A stretch of DNA of 64,000 nt, taken from the NCBI GenBank assembly GCA_964573695.1, contig CAZNKB010000001.1:132497-196496 (forward strand), given 5' to 3'. The DNA comes from an uncultured Gammaproteobacteria bacterium (lineage in GTDB: Bacteria > Patescibacteriota > Microgenomatia > UBA10105 > UBA927). The notes under the pieces are model-generated. The model was given only the letters and a program-made list of their open reading frames with translations, searched no databases and had not been told where the DNA came from. A program made the position numbers and the translations under genes. Positions 49,382-58,979 of the stretch are shown here, one piece after another; position 1 is the first letter of the stretch, and every line of letters starts with the position of its first letter.

Positions 49382-51820
49382 TTAACACTCCGAATACCCG
49401 CATGAGTAGCATTTCTTGCAGGACTCCTCAAAGACAAGGCTCCCTTCACCGCAGCTCGGACACAAGTCGACCGTCACCATACGGCGCTCGGTAAGCAACA
49501 TCTGGGTTGCCGGCACCGTCATCGGCTTGTCTGCCGGCTCTACATTCGGCCCGGGTGTCGCCGGCACGTGACCGTTACCATTGCTATTTGCCGTATGTCC
49601 ATTTGCCGAAAGAGGATTAATCGGAGCATCAACCCTGTGTTTTGCAAAAAATCCGAAATGCCGATCGATCACTTTTGCCACGGCATCAGGCAATGACCGG
49701 ACTCTGTTCTCCCCAAATCCCAAACTTCTGGCTCCCCCGATTCCGATAAGCTCACTCGCTACTCTATGTGCACGTTCCATTGGGGAAATCGGCGAGGCGA
49801 CCCGAAGGACCAGTGAAATCAATCTTCCCATAGCTTCCGCCATGGCCGTCACATCGCTTCCTGCCTTCCCGACGTTTACAAATACCTCGAGAGGCTGTTC
49901 TCCGCCGTTGGTGTTTATCGTGATATACGCCTGCCCCATAGGGGTTTCCAGCTGATACGTCGACCCGTGTACCACGGCAGGTCTGGGCTTTACCTCGGCG
50001 GTCATCATGGGGGACGCAACCTGCTTCACTTCTTCCTTTTTAGTTTCTTCCTCCTTGCGCACCAATACGCCTTCCCGACTCCCCTCGCGCATATATGCAA
50101 TTCCTTTGCATCCCAATTCATATGCGAGCGTGTACAAACGCTTGACGTCTTCTATCGTGTGCGTCTTCGGGGCGTTGACGGTTTTGGAAATCGATGCGTC
50201 GACATACTGCTGAATAGCCGCCTGTACGCGCACATGATCTTCCGGAGACAAGTCGTTTGCCGACACGAAATATTCCGGCCGATCCTCACGGGTTGGCTCT
50301 CGACCGTGTTCGATTTTAAACGTCTGGAACCATGCTTCATACAGCGGATGCCGGAGGATATGTTCGCCAAGCCGATCCCGGCGGATAAACTCAAATTCAT
50401 ACACCGGCTCTATGCCGCTTGAGACACCCGCCATAAGCGACGTGCTCCCTGTCGGCGCCTGCTGCAGGATAACGGAATTTCGCACGCCGTACCGTTTCAT
50501 CTTTTTCCGGATTGTCTCCGGCAATTTTTTTATGAAATACGCATCCAGATGCTTTGATTTGTTTATTTTGGGGAACGCACCTTTTTCTTTTGCCAGCTCC
50601 ACCGACGATTCATAAGCGGCATCCCGAATGATCCTGTATATTTTGTCGATAACCGAAAGGCTTTCCTCTGATCCGTATCGGAGCTTCATCTTAATCAAGG
50701 CGTCTCCAAGTCCCATGGTGCCGAGGCCGATCCGGCGCTCGCCATGAAGCTGTACTTCTTTTATCTGGTCAAAGACATAATAATCCGCATCAATTATGTC
50801 GTCCTGGAAACGGACTCCTATTTTGGCTACCTGGGCAAGGCGCTCGAAGTCCATTTCCCCTTTATCGTTGACAAGGGCTGCAAGATTGATCGACGTCAAG
50901 TTGCATACCCCCCAGTTCGGTAGCCCTTCTTCGCCACAGGGATTGACGCAGTTGACGTATTCAAAGTACGAATTGTTAAACCATTTATTGTACCGCTCCA
51001 TAAACACCACCCCTGGCTCGGCGCTTTTCCATGCAGCGGTAGCAATGAGATCCCAAAGCGCCCTGGCTTTTACGGTTTTCTGGACAATGGGCTTTTTGCC
51101 AAGTGCGATCCAGTTAGGCAGGTACCCATCCCATTTCGTGTCATAATCCGGATCGTGAGTATCAGGAAAACAGAGATTCCAATCCTCATCCTTTTTGACC
51201 GCCTCCATAAAAGCATCGGAAACGCACACGGAAAGATTCGCGCCGTTAATCCTGTGGAGATCCTGTTTTACGGTGATAAATTCTTCTATGTCGGGATGCC
51301 AGTCCCACAACATCAGCATGAGTGCCCCTCTGCGGCTCCCTCCCTGCTGGATGATGTCTTTTGTCGCGACGGAAAATAATTCCGCCCAATTGCAGGGACC
51401 GGAAGAAAACCCATTTACCTTTTGCACGCGCGAACCCCTCGGGCGAAGACTTGAAAGATTGATACCAACTCCCCCGCCCCGTGACATGATCTCTACCATT
51501 TGCGAAAGGGTTGCGAGGATGCCTCCGCGCGAATCATGCGGACTCGGGATAACGAAACAATTATAAAAGGTGACTTTGTACCCCGTCCCTGCACCGGAAA
51601 GAATCCGTCCACCCGGGACAAGTACGAAATCACGCATGGCGTCATAGAACTTCTCTTCCCAGAGTTTGCGGTCTTCTTTTTTTTCTATCAAAGCAACTGC
51701 ACCGGCGACCCTGCGCCACATTTCTTCGGGCGTCTGCTCAATAGCCGTGCCCTGTTCGTCTTTCCTGGCGTAACGATCAGCAAATACGGTTTTTCGGATT
51801 CCGGTAAGATTTGTATCCAT
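49382..51820 (-). CDS. nrdJ: Class II adenosylcobalamin-dependent ribonucleotide reductase
   Basis: PGGRIL, NCFV, GGGVG, RRGA, NPCGE, CNL, APTG and KGIAYMR motifs; C-terminal TSCPD-like domain and CPSC...CYSCGYSEC; no nrdB nearby; next to pduO. Confidence 0.93.
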   Translation of the reverse strand: MDTNLTGIRKTVFADRYARKDEQGTAIEQTPEEMWRRVAGAVALIEKKEDRKLWEEKFYDAMRDFVLVPGGRILSGAGTGYKVTFYNCFVIPSPHDSRGGILATLSQMVEIMSRGGGVGINLSSLRPRGSRVQKVNGFSSGPCNWAELFSVATKDIIQQGGSRRGALMLMLWDWHPDIEEFITVKQDLHRINGANLSVCVSDAFMEAVKKDEDWNLCFPDTHDPDYDTKWDGYLPNWIALGKKPIVQKTVKARALWDLIATAAWKSAEPGVVFMERYNKWFNNSYFEYVNCVNPCGEEGLPNWGVCNLTSINLAALVNDKGEMDFERLAQVAKIGVRFQDDIIDADYYVFDQIKEVQLHGERRIGLGTMGLGDALIKMKLRYGSEESLSVIDKIYRIIRDAAYESSVELAKEKGAFPKINKSKHLDAYFIKKLPETIRKKMKRYGVRNSVILQQAPTGSTSLMAGVSSGIEPVYEFEFIRRDRLGEHILRHPLYEAWFQTFKIEHGREPTREDRPEYFVSANDLSPEDHVRVQAAIQQYVDASISKTVNAPKTHTIEDVKRLYTLAYELGCKGIAYMREGSREGVLVRKEEETKKEEVKQVASPMMTAEVKPRPAVVHGSTYQLETPMGQAYITINTNGGEQPLEVFVNVGKAGSDVTAMAEAMGRLISLVLRVASPISPMERAHRVASELIGIGGARSLGFGENRVRSLPDAVAKVIDRHFGFFAKHRVDAPINPLSANGHTANSNGNGHVPATPGPNVEPADKPMTVPATQMLLTERRMVTVDLCPSCGEGSLVFEESCKKCYSCGYSEC

Positions 51821-51824
51821 ATAG

Positions 51825-52280
51825 TTATTTCTTTTTGATAAGTTTTTTTAGCTCACCCTCGAATTCATCGAGATCGACAAATTGTTTAAATACGCTTGCA
51901 AACCGAATATAGGCTATCTTATCCAATTTCTTGAGGCGCTTGGCCACCAGCTCTCCTATTTTCTTGCTCGGTAATTCCGTCGTATTCCCGCCGATAAGCT
52001 CCCGCTCCACCTCGTCGACAATTCTCCGTACGTCATCGCCTTTTAACGTCGTCTTACCGCTCGCCCGCCAGATCCCCCGTTCGAGTTTTTCCCGGTCAAA
52101 CGGCTCGCGCCGCTTATCTTTCTTAATCACGGTAAGCGGCACCGTTTCAATCCGTTCATATGTCGTAAACCGCTTCGCGCACTTGCTGCAGCCTCTTCTT
52201 CGTCTCGTGACGGCAAGATCCTCGCTATCTCTTGTTTCTATGACCTCCGTGTCGTTGTTCGTGCAATATGGACATTTCAT
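51825..52280 (-). CDS. nrdR: Transcriptional repressor NrdR
   Basis: CPYC, RRRRGCSKC, RFTTYE, ATP cone and AYIRFASV. Confidence 0.97.
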   Translation of the reverse strand: MKCPYCTNNDTEVIETRDSEDLAVTRRRRGCSKCAKRFTTYERIETVPLTVIKKDKRREPFDREKLERGIWRASGKTTLKGDDVRRIVDEVERELIGGNTTELPSKKIGELVAKRLKKLDKIAYIRFASVFKQFVDLDEFEGELKKLIKKK

Positions 52281-52323
52281 CGTAGATTCCCTAGTTTCCG
52301 CTTGTTTATCGTGAAATCAAAAA

Positions 52324-52376
52324 ACACTATATTTGGTGTGCTCAAAAATCCTAAAGCACTAACAGTGGTGAGTCAA
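52324..52376 (-). promoter_or_regulatory. Tandem NrdR boxes overlapping the nrdR-nrdJ-pduO promoter
   Basis: ACACTATATTTGGTGT (52324-52339) and weaker GCACTAACAGTGGTGA (52356-52371), 32 bp apart; TTGACT (52376-52371)-N17-TAGGAT (52353-52348). Confidence 0.8.
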
Positions 52377-52572
52377 CTGGCAATTTCTATATCAAATCAC
52401 CCCAACGCAAAAAGCTAGCCTCGTGAAAAGTTTTTGAGGGAAAAGTACGGTGAATCGTATAGCAAAATAGCTGTAGACTATTCTTTTTTGCCGTACTCAC
52501 ACAGTTTTTTATGACCGAAGGACAGATTCTCTTTCCTATATGCACGACCCCGGTGACAATTTTCGTATACGA

Positions 52573-53136
52573 TTATTTTACCTCAACGCCTGACAATTTC
52601 TGAACTCTTGCCGCAATCGCCTCAATCCCACTCGTCACTTCCCCGGAAGCTGATAATACCTCCTTATGCTTTACGAGAGAAAGAGTAAATTTCTCTACCA
52701 AGTGCCCCGGCACCGAACCCCCCGACTGGGCAAAGCCTTCAAGAAGGGTAATTGCCTGTGTCCGGCTAACAAGCGCCTCGGCATACGCCTGTCGGGCATC
52801 AGTTGTTTTTCCCATGGCGGCAAGCGAAACACCCATGTTGAGCTTCTTGTCGGCTTGCAGAATATAGAACTCCGACTTGCTAATGGGATCTGTAATCAAC
52901 AATTCTATAATCCGATCGCGTAAATTCTTGAATATGTATAACGGATGAATCGGAAGGATTCCCGGAAACGGCAACATGTATTCGATAATCGTAGGCGTTG
53001 GCGTAGCTATGGGAGAGGGAGATATCGCCAAGCGTGGTGACGTAGGCTTTGCCGCATAAACACTGCTTCCCAAAAGTACAAGTGCCATGTGCATCACTAC
53101 CACACTAAACCCAATTACGCCGATTATTTTTTTCAT
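52573..53136 (-). CDS. Exported helical protein (DUF5667-like)
   Basis: Signal peptide (VYA), and LPFPGILPIHPLY..K..RD..ADKK motif. Confidence 0.7.
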   Translation of the reverse strand: MKKIIGVIGFSVVVMHMALVLLGSSVYAAKPTSPRLAISPSPIATPTPTIIEYMLPFPGILPIHPLYIFKNLRDRIIELLITDPISKSEFYILQADKKLNMGVSLAAMGKTTDARQAYAEALVSRTQAITLLEGFAQSGGSVPGHLVEKFTLSLVKHKEVLSASGEVTSGIEAIAARVQKLSGVEVK

Positions 53137-53726
53137 GTCTGGCCTCCTTTTTTGTCTAGCCCCATTGTACTCGTTTCCTCTCTATTGGCAAGCGTTGCGA
53201 CGTCTTTGGGCATCACCCCGATCATGGAGCAAATTTCGTTCTCCAGCGCTTTGACTTTCGGGTATGCTGCATCAAGAGTATTCACCGCCTCAGGCGGCAA
53301 CATCTCGTCCCGCCATAAGTGAAACCGCTCATCTACGGTGATAATAGAAAGCTTGACCATTTTGTCAGAAAGATATAACAGTTTTTCCTCAATCGTCTTG
53401 GGTGCGATAGTTTGATCAAGTATCGCATGAAGAGGATGTGTTCTGACCATGTCGGCGATTTCCCCAAATCCCTCCTCCCGAAGAATTCTCACTGCTGCGT
53501 CAGGGTGACGCTCATGGGGAAGCTTGTGTGCCATTTTGTCAATATCGTGAACGAGGGCAGCTGCCTCCAGTAAACGGACCCGGACGGTTATATCATGGTG
53601 CTGCTTCTCCAGTTGGGAAGCAAACCAGGTTGCTGTTTTTGCCACAAGCCGGCAATGGAGCTGTTTATAAGGGGGGAGATTGTGTTGTTTCCAAAGAACC
53701 GCCACCTGTTCGTATGTGGGAATCAT
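53133..53726 (-). CDS. HD-domain phosphohydrolase
   Basis: HCRLVA, LVHDIDK, H..H and LSDK metal ligands; start approximate. Confidence 0.85.
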   Translation of the reverse strand: MIPTYEQVAVLWKQHNLPPYKQLHCRLVAKTATWFASQLEKQHHDITVRVRLLEAAALVHDIDKMAHKLPHERHPDAAVRILREEGFGEIADMVRTHPLHAILDQTIAPKTIEEKLLYLSDKMVKLSIITVDERFHLWRDEMLPPEAVNTLDAAYPKVKALENEICSMIGVMPKDVATLANREETSTMGLDKKGGQT

Positions 53727-53833
53727 AATGATCACTGTTTGTTGCTATTCGACAATTATATATATCCTGTATAGACAAGATAAATACGAGATTACGGGTA
53801 CTTTATATACTCTCGATGCTTTTTTGCTTTTTT

Positions 53834-54448
53834 TCAGGTGCTTTTTGGCTGCCCCGTCAGCTTATAATACCCAAGTGCTTGCAGCACCAATTCGAGGGTC
53901 TGACTCGGACCATGTGAGTAGGTGTTAATAACCAGGTCATAATATTTCGGATCCCAAAAATCATCAACTCCATAAAGCCTCTTCCATTTTCCGATATTGG
54001 CATCTTCACGCTGGCGCAGATGTTCCTTGGCATCCTCTACCGTTGCGTTATCCCGGTTCACAATCCGGTCGATGCGAAGCGAGTCGTCACACATAAGCAA
54101 CACCTTAAGCACATGTGCATACCCTCGGGCGTTCCACCCCGCGATCCAACTTTCGACTGCCATATGAATGTCCGGGCTGGATATTTTTTTCCGGAGTGCT
54201 TGGTCTATCTGATAATCGACATCGTCACCGTAATCAGTGGCCAAATGATGTTTAGGATCTTTCGGATCGTGCTTCCCCTGTTCTATGGAAAATTTTCTTG
54301 ACCAGTCGCCGCCGGAAAAAAAGTCCCAGCCGAACGGCTCCAAACAGGGACGGAGATTCTTAAGAAGCGTGCTTCTGCCTGCTCCTGGTCGCCCGGAAAT
54401 GGCGACGCTTGCATACTTCAAATCGGATAGCACTTTACTCTCACCCAT
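53834..54448 (-). CDS. Cytidylate kinase-like P-loop kinase (archaeal-type Cmk family)
   Basis: ISGRPGAGRST, RIVNRD, RQRE and YDLVINT motifs. Confidence 0.78.
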   Translation of the reverse strand: MGESKVLSDLKYASVAISGRPGAGRSTLLKNLRPCLEPFGWDFFSGGDWSRKFSIEQGKHDPKDPKHHLATDYGDDVDYQIDQALRKKISSPDIHMAVESWIAGWNARGYAHVLKVLLMCDDSLRIDRIVNRDNATVEDAKEHLRQREDANIGKWKRLYGVDDFWDPKYYDLVINTYSHGPSQTLELVLQALGYYKLTGQPKST

Positions 54449-54555
54449 ACAGCTATTATAGATACACACTATTACGAGTCAAGGGAGACACTTACGTTCG
54501 TTTCGCAAAAAACGCTGCAATTGACAAAAGCTGTCCCTTACGCACATACTATCGT

Positions 54556-55134
54556 ATGCGGATCCAATATCTTTCTGTTACCTGGAAAGACTACCACTCG
54601 CTCTCCCAAAAAATCGCCGCTGCAATTCTTTCCCATGATAAACCTTTTGACATAATCATCGCTATTGGTAGGGGCGGACTGACGTTCGGACATCTGCTGT
54701 CGGATTTCCTGCGTATCCCTATTTGCTCGATCACCATACAAAGCTATACGGATATCCAAAAGCAGGGAGAGGTCCGCATCACCGAAAAGCTTTCCCTGGG
54801 AATCACCGATAAGCGCGTGTTACTCGTCGATGACATCGCCGACACCGGTACGACACTCAAGCGAGCGGTTTCCTATTTGGAGGAATTTACCCCGGCAACC
54901 ATTACGACTGCCACTCTTTTTTATAAGCCGCACTCCTCGGTTCGTCCCGATTATTTCGCCAAACTCACTTCCAAATGGATCTTGCAGCCGTTTGAAGTCA
55001 CCGAATGGATATATACGTTCAGCAAAAAAATGGCGTCAGAAGGCAAATCAAAAGCAGAAATCCAGACTTTTCTCGAATCGCTTGGCTACACAGGCGATCA
55101 GATTAAATTCGTTCGCAGGCATCATCTCCGCTAA
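54556..55134 (+). CDS. Type I (purine) phosphoribosyltransferase
   Basis: IGRGGL and the PRPP-binding loop VLLVDDIADTGTTL. Confidence 0.9.
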   Translation: MRIQYLSVTWKDYHSLSQKIAAAILSHDKPFDIIIAIGRGGLTFGHLLSDFLRIPICSITIQSYTDIQKQGEVRITEKLSLGITDKRVLLVDDIADTGTTLKRAVSYLEEFTPATITTATLFYKPHSSVRPDYFAKLTSKWILQPFEVTEWIYTFSKKMASEGKSKAEIQTFLESLGYTGDQIKFVRRHHLR

Positions 55135-55183
55135 CTCTTTCTTTTTTTGACTCTCGAAACCGTCTGCTACCGGCCCCGGAGCT

Positions 55184-56620
55184 TTATTTACTTACGCTTC
55201 CTGATACTCCGTCAAACCTGCCGACTACCCGGGGGAATTTATGATTTGCCCCGAGATTGTTGACCATAAGCATCACATGGCCTGCGGCTCCGAAGTTACT
55301 GCTCGCATCGGCTCCAACCCGGATAAAATCTGTGTCGTTGTCTCCCGTGCGGTAAAATGCAGCATATTTGTCCCCGGTCCGGACAAGCCGAAGTGTGAGC
55401 TTTTTCACTTTGGCATCCAGATTTACACTCGCAGTTTCTGCGAGCGAACCGTCCGGCGCCCGCACCACGAACACGAGCTTACTCACGGTGTTGCCTGATA
55501 CGACCCAACGGAGGTTGCTGGCTTCGTCATCCACATTGCCGGCTGAGACAAATCCCAATGCCGCAAAACCGCTCCCCTCTCCGACAACGGTCGGCTTATA
55601 CACGGTTGTGTTAAGTGTAAAATCCTTGTGCTCGGGAATGACGGGTGAGGTCCTCACAAGCCGCGCATATCGTGGCTTATTGTTCACTCCTCCCGATGCA
55701 AGGGACATGATCAAATTATCGTTCTTATTCTCATAGACTTGCGCTCCGTCTGTTTTGTATACCTTCCAATATTTGCCCATGGCTCCGTCGGAAAAAGCGT
55801 CAGAAAAACTTACGCGCGAGCTCGGATCCCCTTCCCAACCGATACGTACCTGATCCAGGCGTCCCACAACCTTCGGAAACTTACCGCCCGACCCGGTGTT
55901 GTTCGTGAATAAGGAAACTCTGCCCTCATTACCAAGTGTTACATTTGTTTCGTGTCCCAAGGGTATCCAATTGCTATCCCCGCTTAAATCGTTGCCCAAC
56001 TTATAAAATGCACGGTATTTTTTGTTGATCCGGTCAAGACGCAAGATTGCGATATTACCTGCGATATTCACTTGTTCCGTCTCCAATCTCGTTCCGTCGG
56101 CACCATTTACTACAAAAACGGCGGTACTTTTCGTGCCGTTCACTTGCCAGCGAACGGTTGCCGCTTCGTCGTCGTCCGATCCTTTGGAAGAAAACCGGAT
56201 CCCGGTCATACCAACGCCTTCGCCCGTAACGATAGGACGATAGGCTACAACCATGGCACGGAAATCACCGTTATCTTTGAACAACTCGTTAAATGTCAGG
56301 GATCCGCCGCGTGCTTTGTGGTTTATCCCTCCCGCCGGAATATCAAACCTCAAATTATCGGTGGCGGTTTCGGAAACCGTAACCCCCTCGGACTTAACGA
56401 CTGTCCATTTCTCGGGGTTTATCACACCGTCTTTAAATGCGTCGACAAATGATTCGGTAATTTTGGGATTTGCCTGTGAAGCTTTGGATTTGGTAATTGT
56501 CGTGATAAGCGTCGAAAAACTGCCACTAAGGACAAACACCGTGACGAGTATCACCATAAGGGTGACAAACGACACGACCGACAATATATTCTGTTTACCG
56601 GCTGACGGTTTTTTGGCCAT
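55184..56620 (-). CDS. Exported protein with two tandem beta-sandwich (ConA/lectin-like) repeats
   Basis: TM then KSKAS; two homologous ~210-aa units (SFxDAFxDG...DNL...YR/KPxVxGEG..DDEA..LxLxR...FPxVVGRxD). Confidence 0.7.
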   Translation of the reverse strand: MAKKPSAGKQNILSVVSFVTLMVILVTVFVLSGSFSTLITTITKSKASQANPKITESFVDAFKDGVINPEKWTVVKSEGVTVSETATDNLRFDIPAGGINHKARGGSLTFNELFKDNGDFRAMVVAYRPIVTGEGVGMTGIRFSSKGSDDDEAATVRWQVNGTKSTAVFVVNGADGTRLETEQVNIAGNIAILRLDRINKKYRAFYKLGNDLSGDSNWIPLGHETNVTLGNEGRVSLFTNNTGSGGKFPKVVGRLDQVRIGWEGDPSSRVSFSDAFSDGAMGKYWKVYKTDGAQVYENKNDNLIMSLASGGVNNKPRYARLVRTSPVIPEHKDFTLNTTVYKPTVVGEGSGFAALGFVSAGNVDDEASNLRWVVSGNTVSKLVFVVRAPDGSLAETASVNLDAKVKKLTLRLVRTGDKYAAFYRTGDNDTDFIRVGADASSNFGAAGHVMLMVNNLGANHKFPRVVGRFDGVSGSVSK

Positions 56621-56727
56621 AGCAATTATTCCTTTCCTACATATACCAGTACAGCTCATTTACGTATCCCTTGTCAAGGAAGTAGGGGGAGTATAAACGC
56701 TATGATCAAACTGCACCTCTCAACGCT

Positions 56728-58212
56728 TCATTGAGGTTTATTAAGTACGATCGGCCGGAGCCTGCTCATCGCCTCCAAACTATAACGCACTCCCTGGACG
56801 CCTACGCCGGAGCGCTTCACTCCCAAAAATGGAAAATGATCAGGACCACGCTGCGGACTGCCGTTTATCTGGACAGTGCCGACGTTGAGCTTTTTGGCAA
56901 ACACCAACCCGCTTCCTTCATCTCTGGTAAATATACTTGCCTGAAGGCCGTACGCCGATCGGTTAATGATTGCAATTGCTTCGTCAAAAGAAGCGACGTC
57001 GACAAATGACACCACAGGGCCGAACGTTTCTTTAGCGATAATAGGCATGGACGGCAACACCCCGGTAAGTACGGTCGGCTCTATCATCGCTTTGTCCCGT
57101 TTCCCGCCGGTAACGACGGTGGCTCCGTTTTTGACCGACGAACTGATCGCTTCTTCTATACGCATGGCGGCAGCTTCCGAAATAACCGGACCGACCAGCT
57201 TGGTCTCCGGGCTCCTGGGATCTCCGGGGTGAACCATTTCCGGCATGGTCTTCATCACCTGCGCCACCAGCTGCTCACGGATAGCGGGAGTCGTAAGTAC
57301 ATATTTAATACCGGTACACCGTTGTCCGCTGTAGGCAAACGCTCCTTTTATAATTTCCCTGGCCGCAACATTCATATCCGCATCAGGCATCACGACAACG
57401 GGGTTATTGCCCCCGCATTCAAATAACAACGGCTTCATCGCTGCTTTACCCGCGATAGCGACTCCCGTATCCGAGTTACCGGTAAATGCGACCATGGAGA
57501 CACTCGGGTGTGACACGATATAGTCACCGATTTCTTCTCCTGTTCCGGTTACCGTGGAAATCACTCCGGCGGGGACACCTGCTTTTTCGAAAATTCGGAC
57601 CAAATGGAGCGCGGATATCCCTCCTTGTGTCGGCGGTTTTACTACCACGCTGTTTCCCATAAGAAGCGCGGGGGCTATTTTGCTTGCAGACAAATTTACC
57701 GGGTAATTAAACGGCGCTATAGCAAGCACTGTGCCGTAGGCAACCCGCTCAATCATCGCAATTCTTCCTTTTTCAAACCCCGGGAAATTATCGCTATCCA
57801 GCGTATTGCCTTCTATGGACTGCACCTCATCGGCGAAATAATCGATAAGGTCAGCAGTTCTTACTATCTCCCCTTTTGCTTCTTCCGCAGATTTTCCTAC
57901 TTCCCGAACCAACAGTGCAATCAGATAATCCTGATAGTGTCTTATCCAATCAGCAGCCAGATGAACGATCCCCACGCGTTTATTGAGCGGAGTAGCTTCC
58001 CATGCTGATTGTGCTGCGAGCGCCGTACGCATGACCTGATCGATTTCTTCATGGGTGAGAATCGGCATGGTACCGACAAGGCTTCCGTCTATCGGGGAAA
58101 TAACGTCTGCGGTTTTTCCGCTCAAGCCCGGTTTCCAGGAGCTGCCGTCAAAATAATGAAACCGCGGGGGAGTTTGTTGGTTGCTGATATCAGCAAAAAA
58201 ATCGGCAGGCAT
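56728..58212 (-). CDS. gapN: Non-phosphorylating NADP-dependent glyceraldehyde-3-phosphate dehydrogenase (ALDH family)
   Basis: PFNYPVNL, KPPTQG, FTG, ECGG, SGQRCT, ETFGP and RGPDHFPFLG motifs. Confidence 0.82.
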   Translation of the reverse strand: MPADFFADISNQQTPPRFHYFDGSSWKPGLSGKTADVISPIDGSLVGTMPILTHEEIDQVMRTALAAQSAWEATPLNKRVGIVHLAADWIRHYQDYLIALLVREVGKSAEEAKGEIVRTADLIDYFADEVQSIEGNTLDSDNFPGFEKGRIAMIERVAYGTVLAIAPFNYPVNLSASKIAPALLMGNSVVVKPPTQGGISALHLVRIFEKAGVPAGVISTVTGTGEEIGDYIVSHPSVSMVAFTGNSDTGVAIAGKAAMKPLLFECGGNNPVVVMPDADMNVAAREIIKGAFAYSGQRCTGIKYVLTTPAIREQLVAQVMKTMPEMVHPGDPRSPETKLVGPVISEAAAMRIEEAISSSVKNGATVVTGGKRDKAMIEPTVLTGVLPSMPIIAKETFGPVVSFVDVASFDEAIAIINRSAYGLQASIFTRDEGSGLVFAKKLNVGTVQINGSPQRGPDHFPFLGVKRSGVGVQGVRYSLEAMSRLRPIVLNKPQ

Positions 58213-58239
58213 GCACTCAGTATATAGGGAACCAGAACC

Positions 58240-58971
58240 TCAAGCAACCCGCTTAATGACAACCGCGGTCATGTTCTCTTGTGATCCGTTTGTCGCCGCG
58301 CTTGAAAGAATTGCGTCTACGGCTCTCGCGGCATCTTCTGCGAGATTGCCCGCAAGTCCCATGCCGGTTTGGATATCCGAGGGAGTCAAATAATTCCCAC
58401 ATCCAGCCGAAGTAAGCATCAGGACATCACCCGCTTTCATGGGGCCGGTCACATACTCTGGGACTATTCCCAATCGCTGAATGCCGAGCATTCTGCGTTT
58501 TGACGTATCATACGGAGCGCTGTCACGGGTAAGCTTGGTCACGGCGCTTCCCGAGAGCATCCAGGCACAAGTTTCTCCCTTATAGCCCAACCAATATGTT
58601 TTGGAGCCGATCATAAGAACCGTAAGCGTAGTCGATAATCCTTCCGTAAATCCGTGCTCCCGCTGTTTTTGCCAAATGGACAAATTCGTCGAGCGAAAAA
58701 TCCGCTTCATAAACAGCTTTTTGTCCAGCCAATAATATCGGTGCTGACGAATATGCTTATATCCCCAAATCGCCGTTTCACAAGCCAAACGTGCGGCCGT
58801 ATCGCCGTGCGGCATATCCTTATTACCGTCAGCCAGCACAAAACACTCATCATTAAAATTCATGAAATAATCTTCCTGAACAGGAGCTCCTCCCAAGCGT
58901 TGACTGGCGGCAAATACAAGCGCTTCCTGCGGTTGTTCCCGCCGGAGCGCGTAAGGATTAGGAAGTCGCAT
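58240..58971 (-). CDS. PP2C/PPM-fold protein with degenerate metal-binding motifs
   Basis: QED, VLADG, TTL, LTRD and GD..L..SAG..ENMT follow PP2C motif order but with Asp substitutions. Confidence 0.7.
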   Translation of the reverse strand: MRLPNPYALRREQPQEALVFAASQRLGGAPVQEDYFMNFNDECFVLADGNKDMPHGDTAARLACETAIWGYKHIRQHRYYWLDKKLFMKRIFRSTNLSIWQKQREHGFTEGLSTTLTVLMIGSKTYWLGYKGETCAWMLSGSAVTKLTRDSAPYDTSKRRMLGIQRLGIVPEYVTGPMKAGDVLMLTSAGCGNYLTPSDIQTGMGLAGNLAEDAARAVDAILSSAATNGSQENMTAVVIKRVA

Positions 58972-58979
58972 ACGTACGT

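Noticed and set aside
52380-52570. Intergenic region upstream of nrdR as a possible ncRNA
   Set aside because: No convincing stems or known RNA motif seen by eye beyond the promoter and NrdR boxes.
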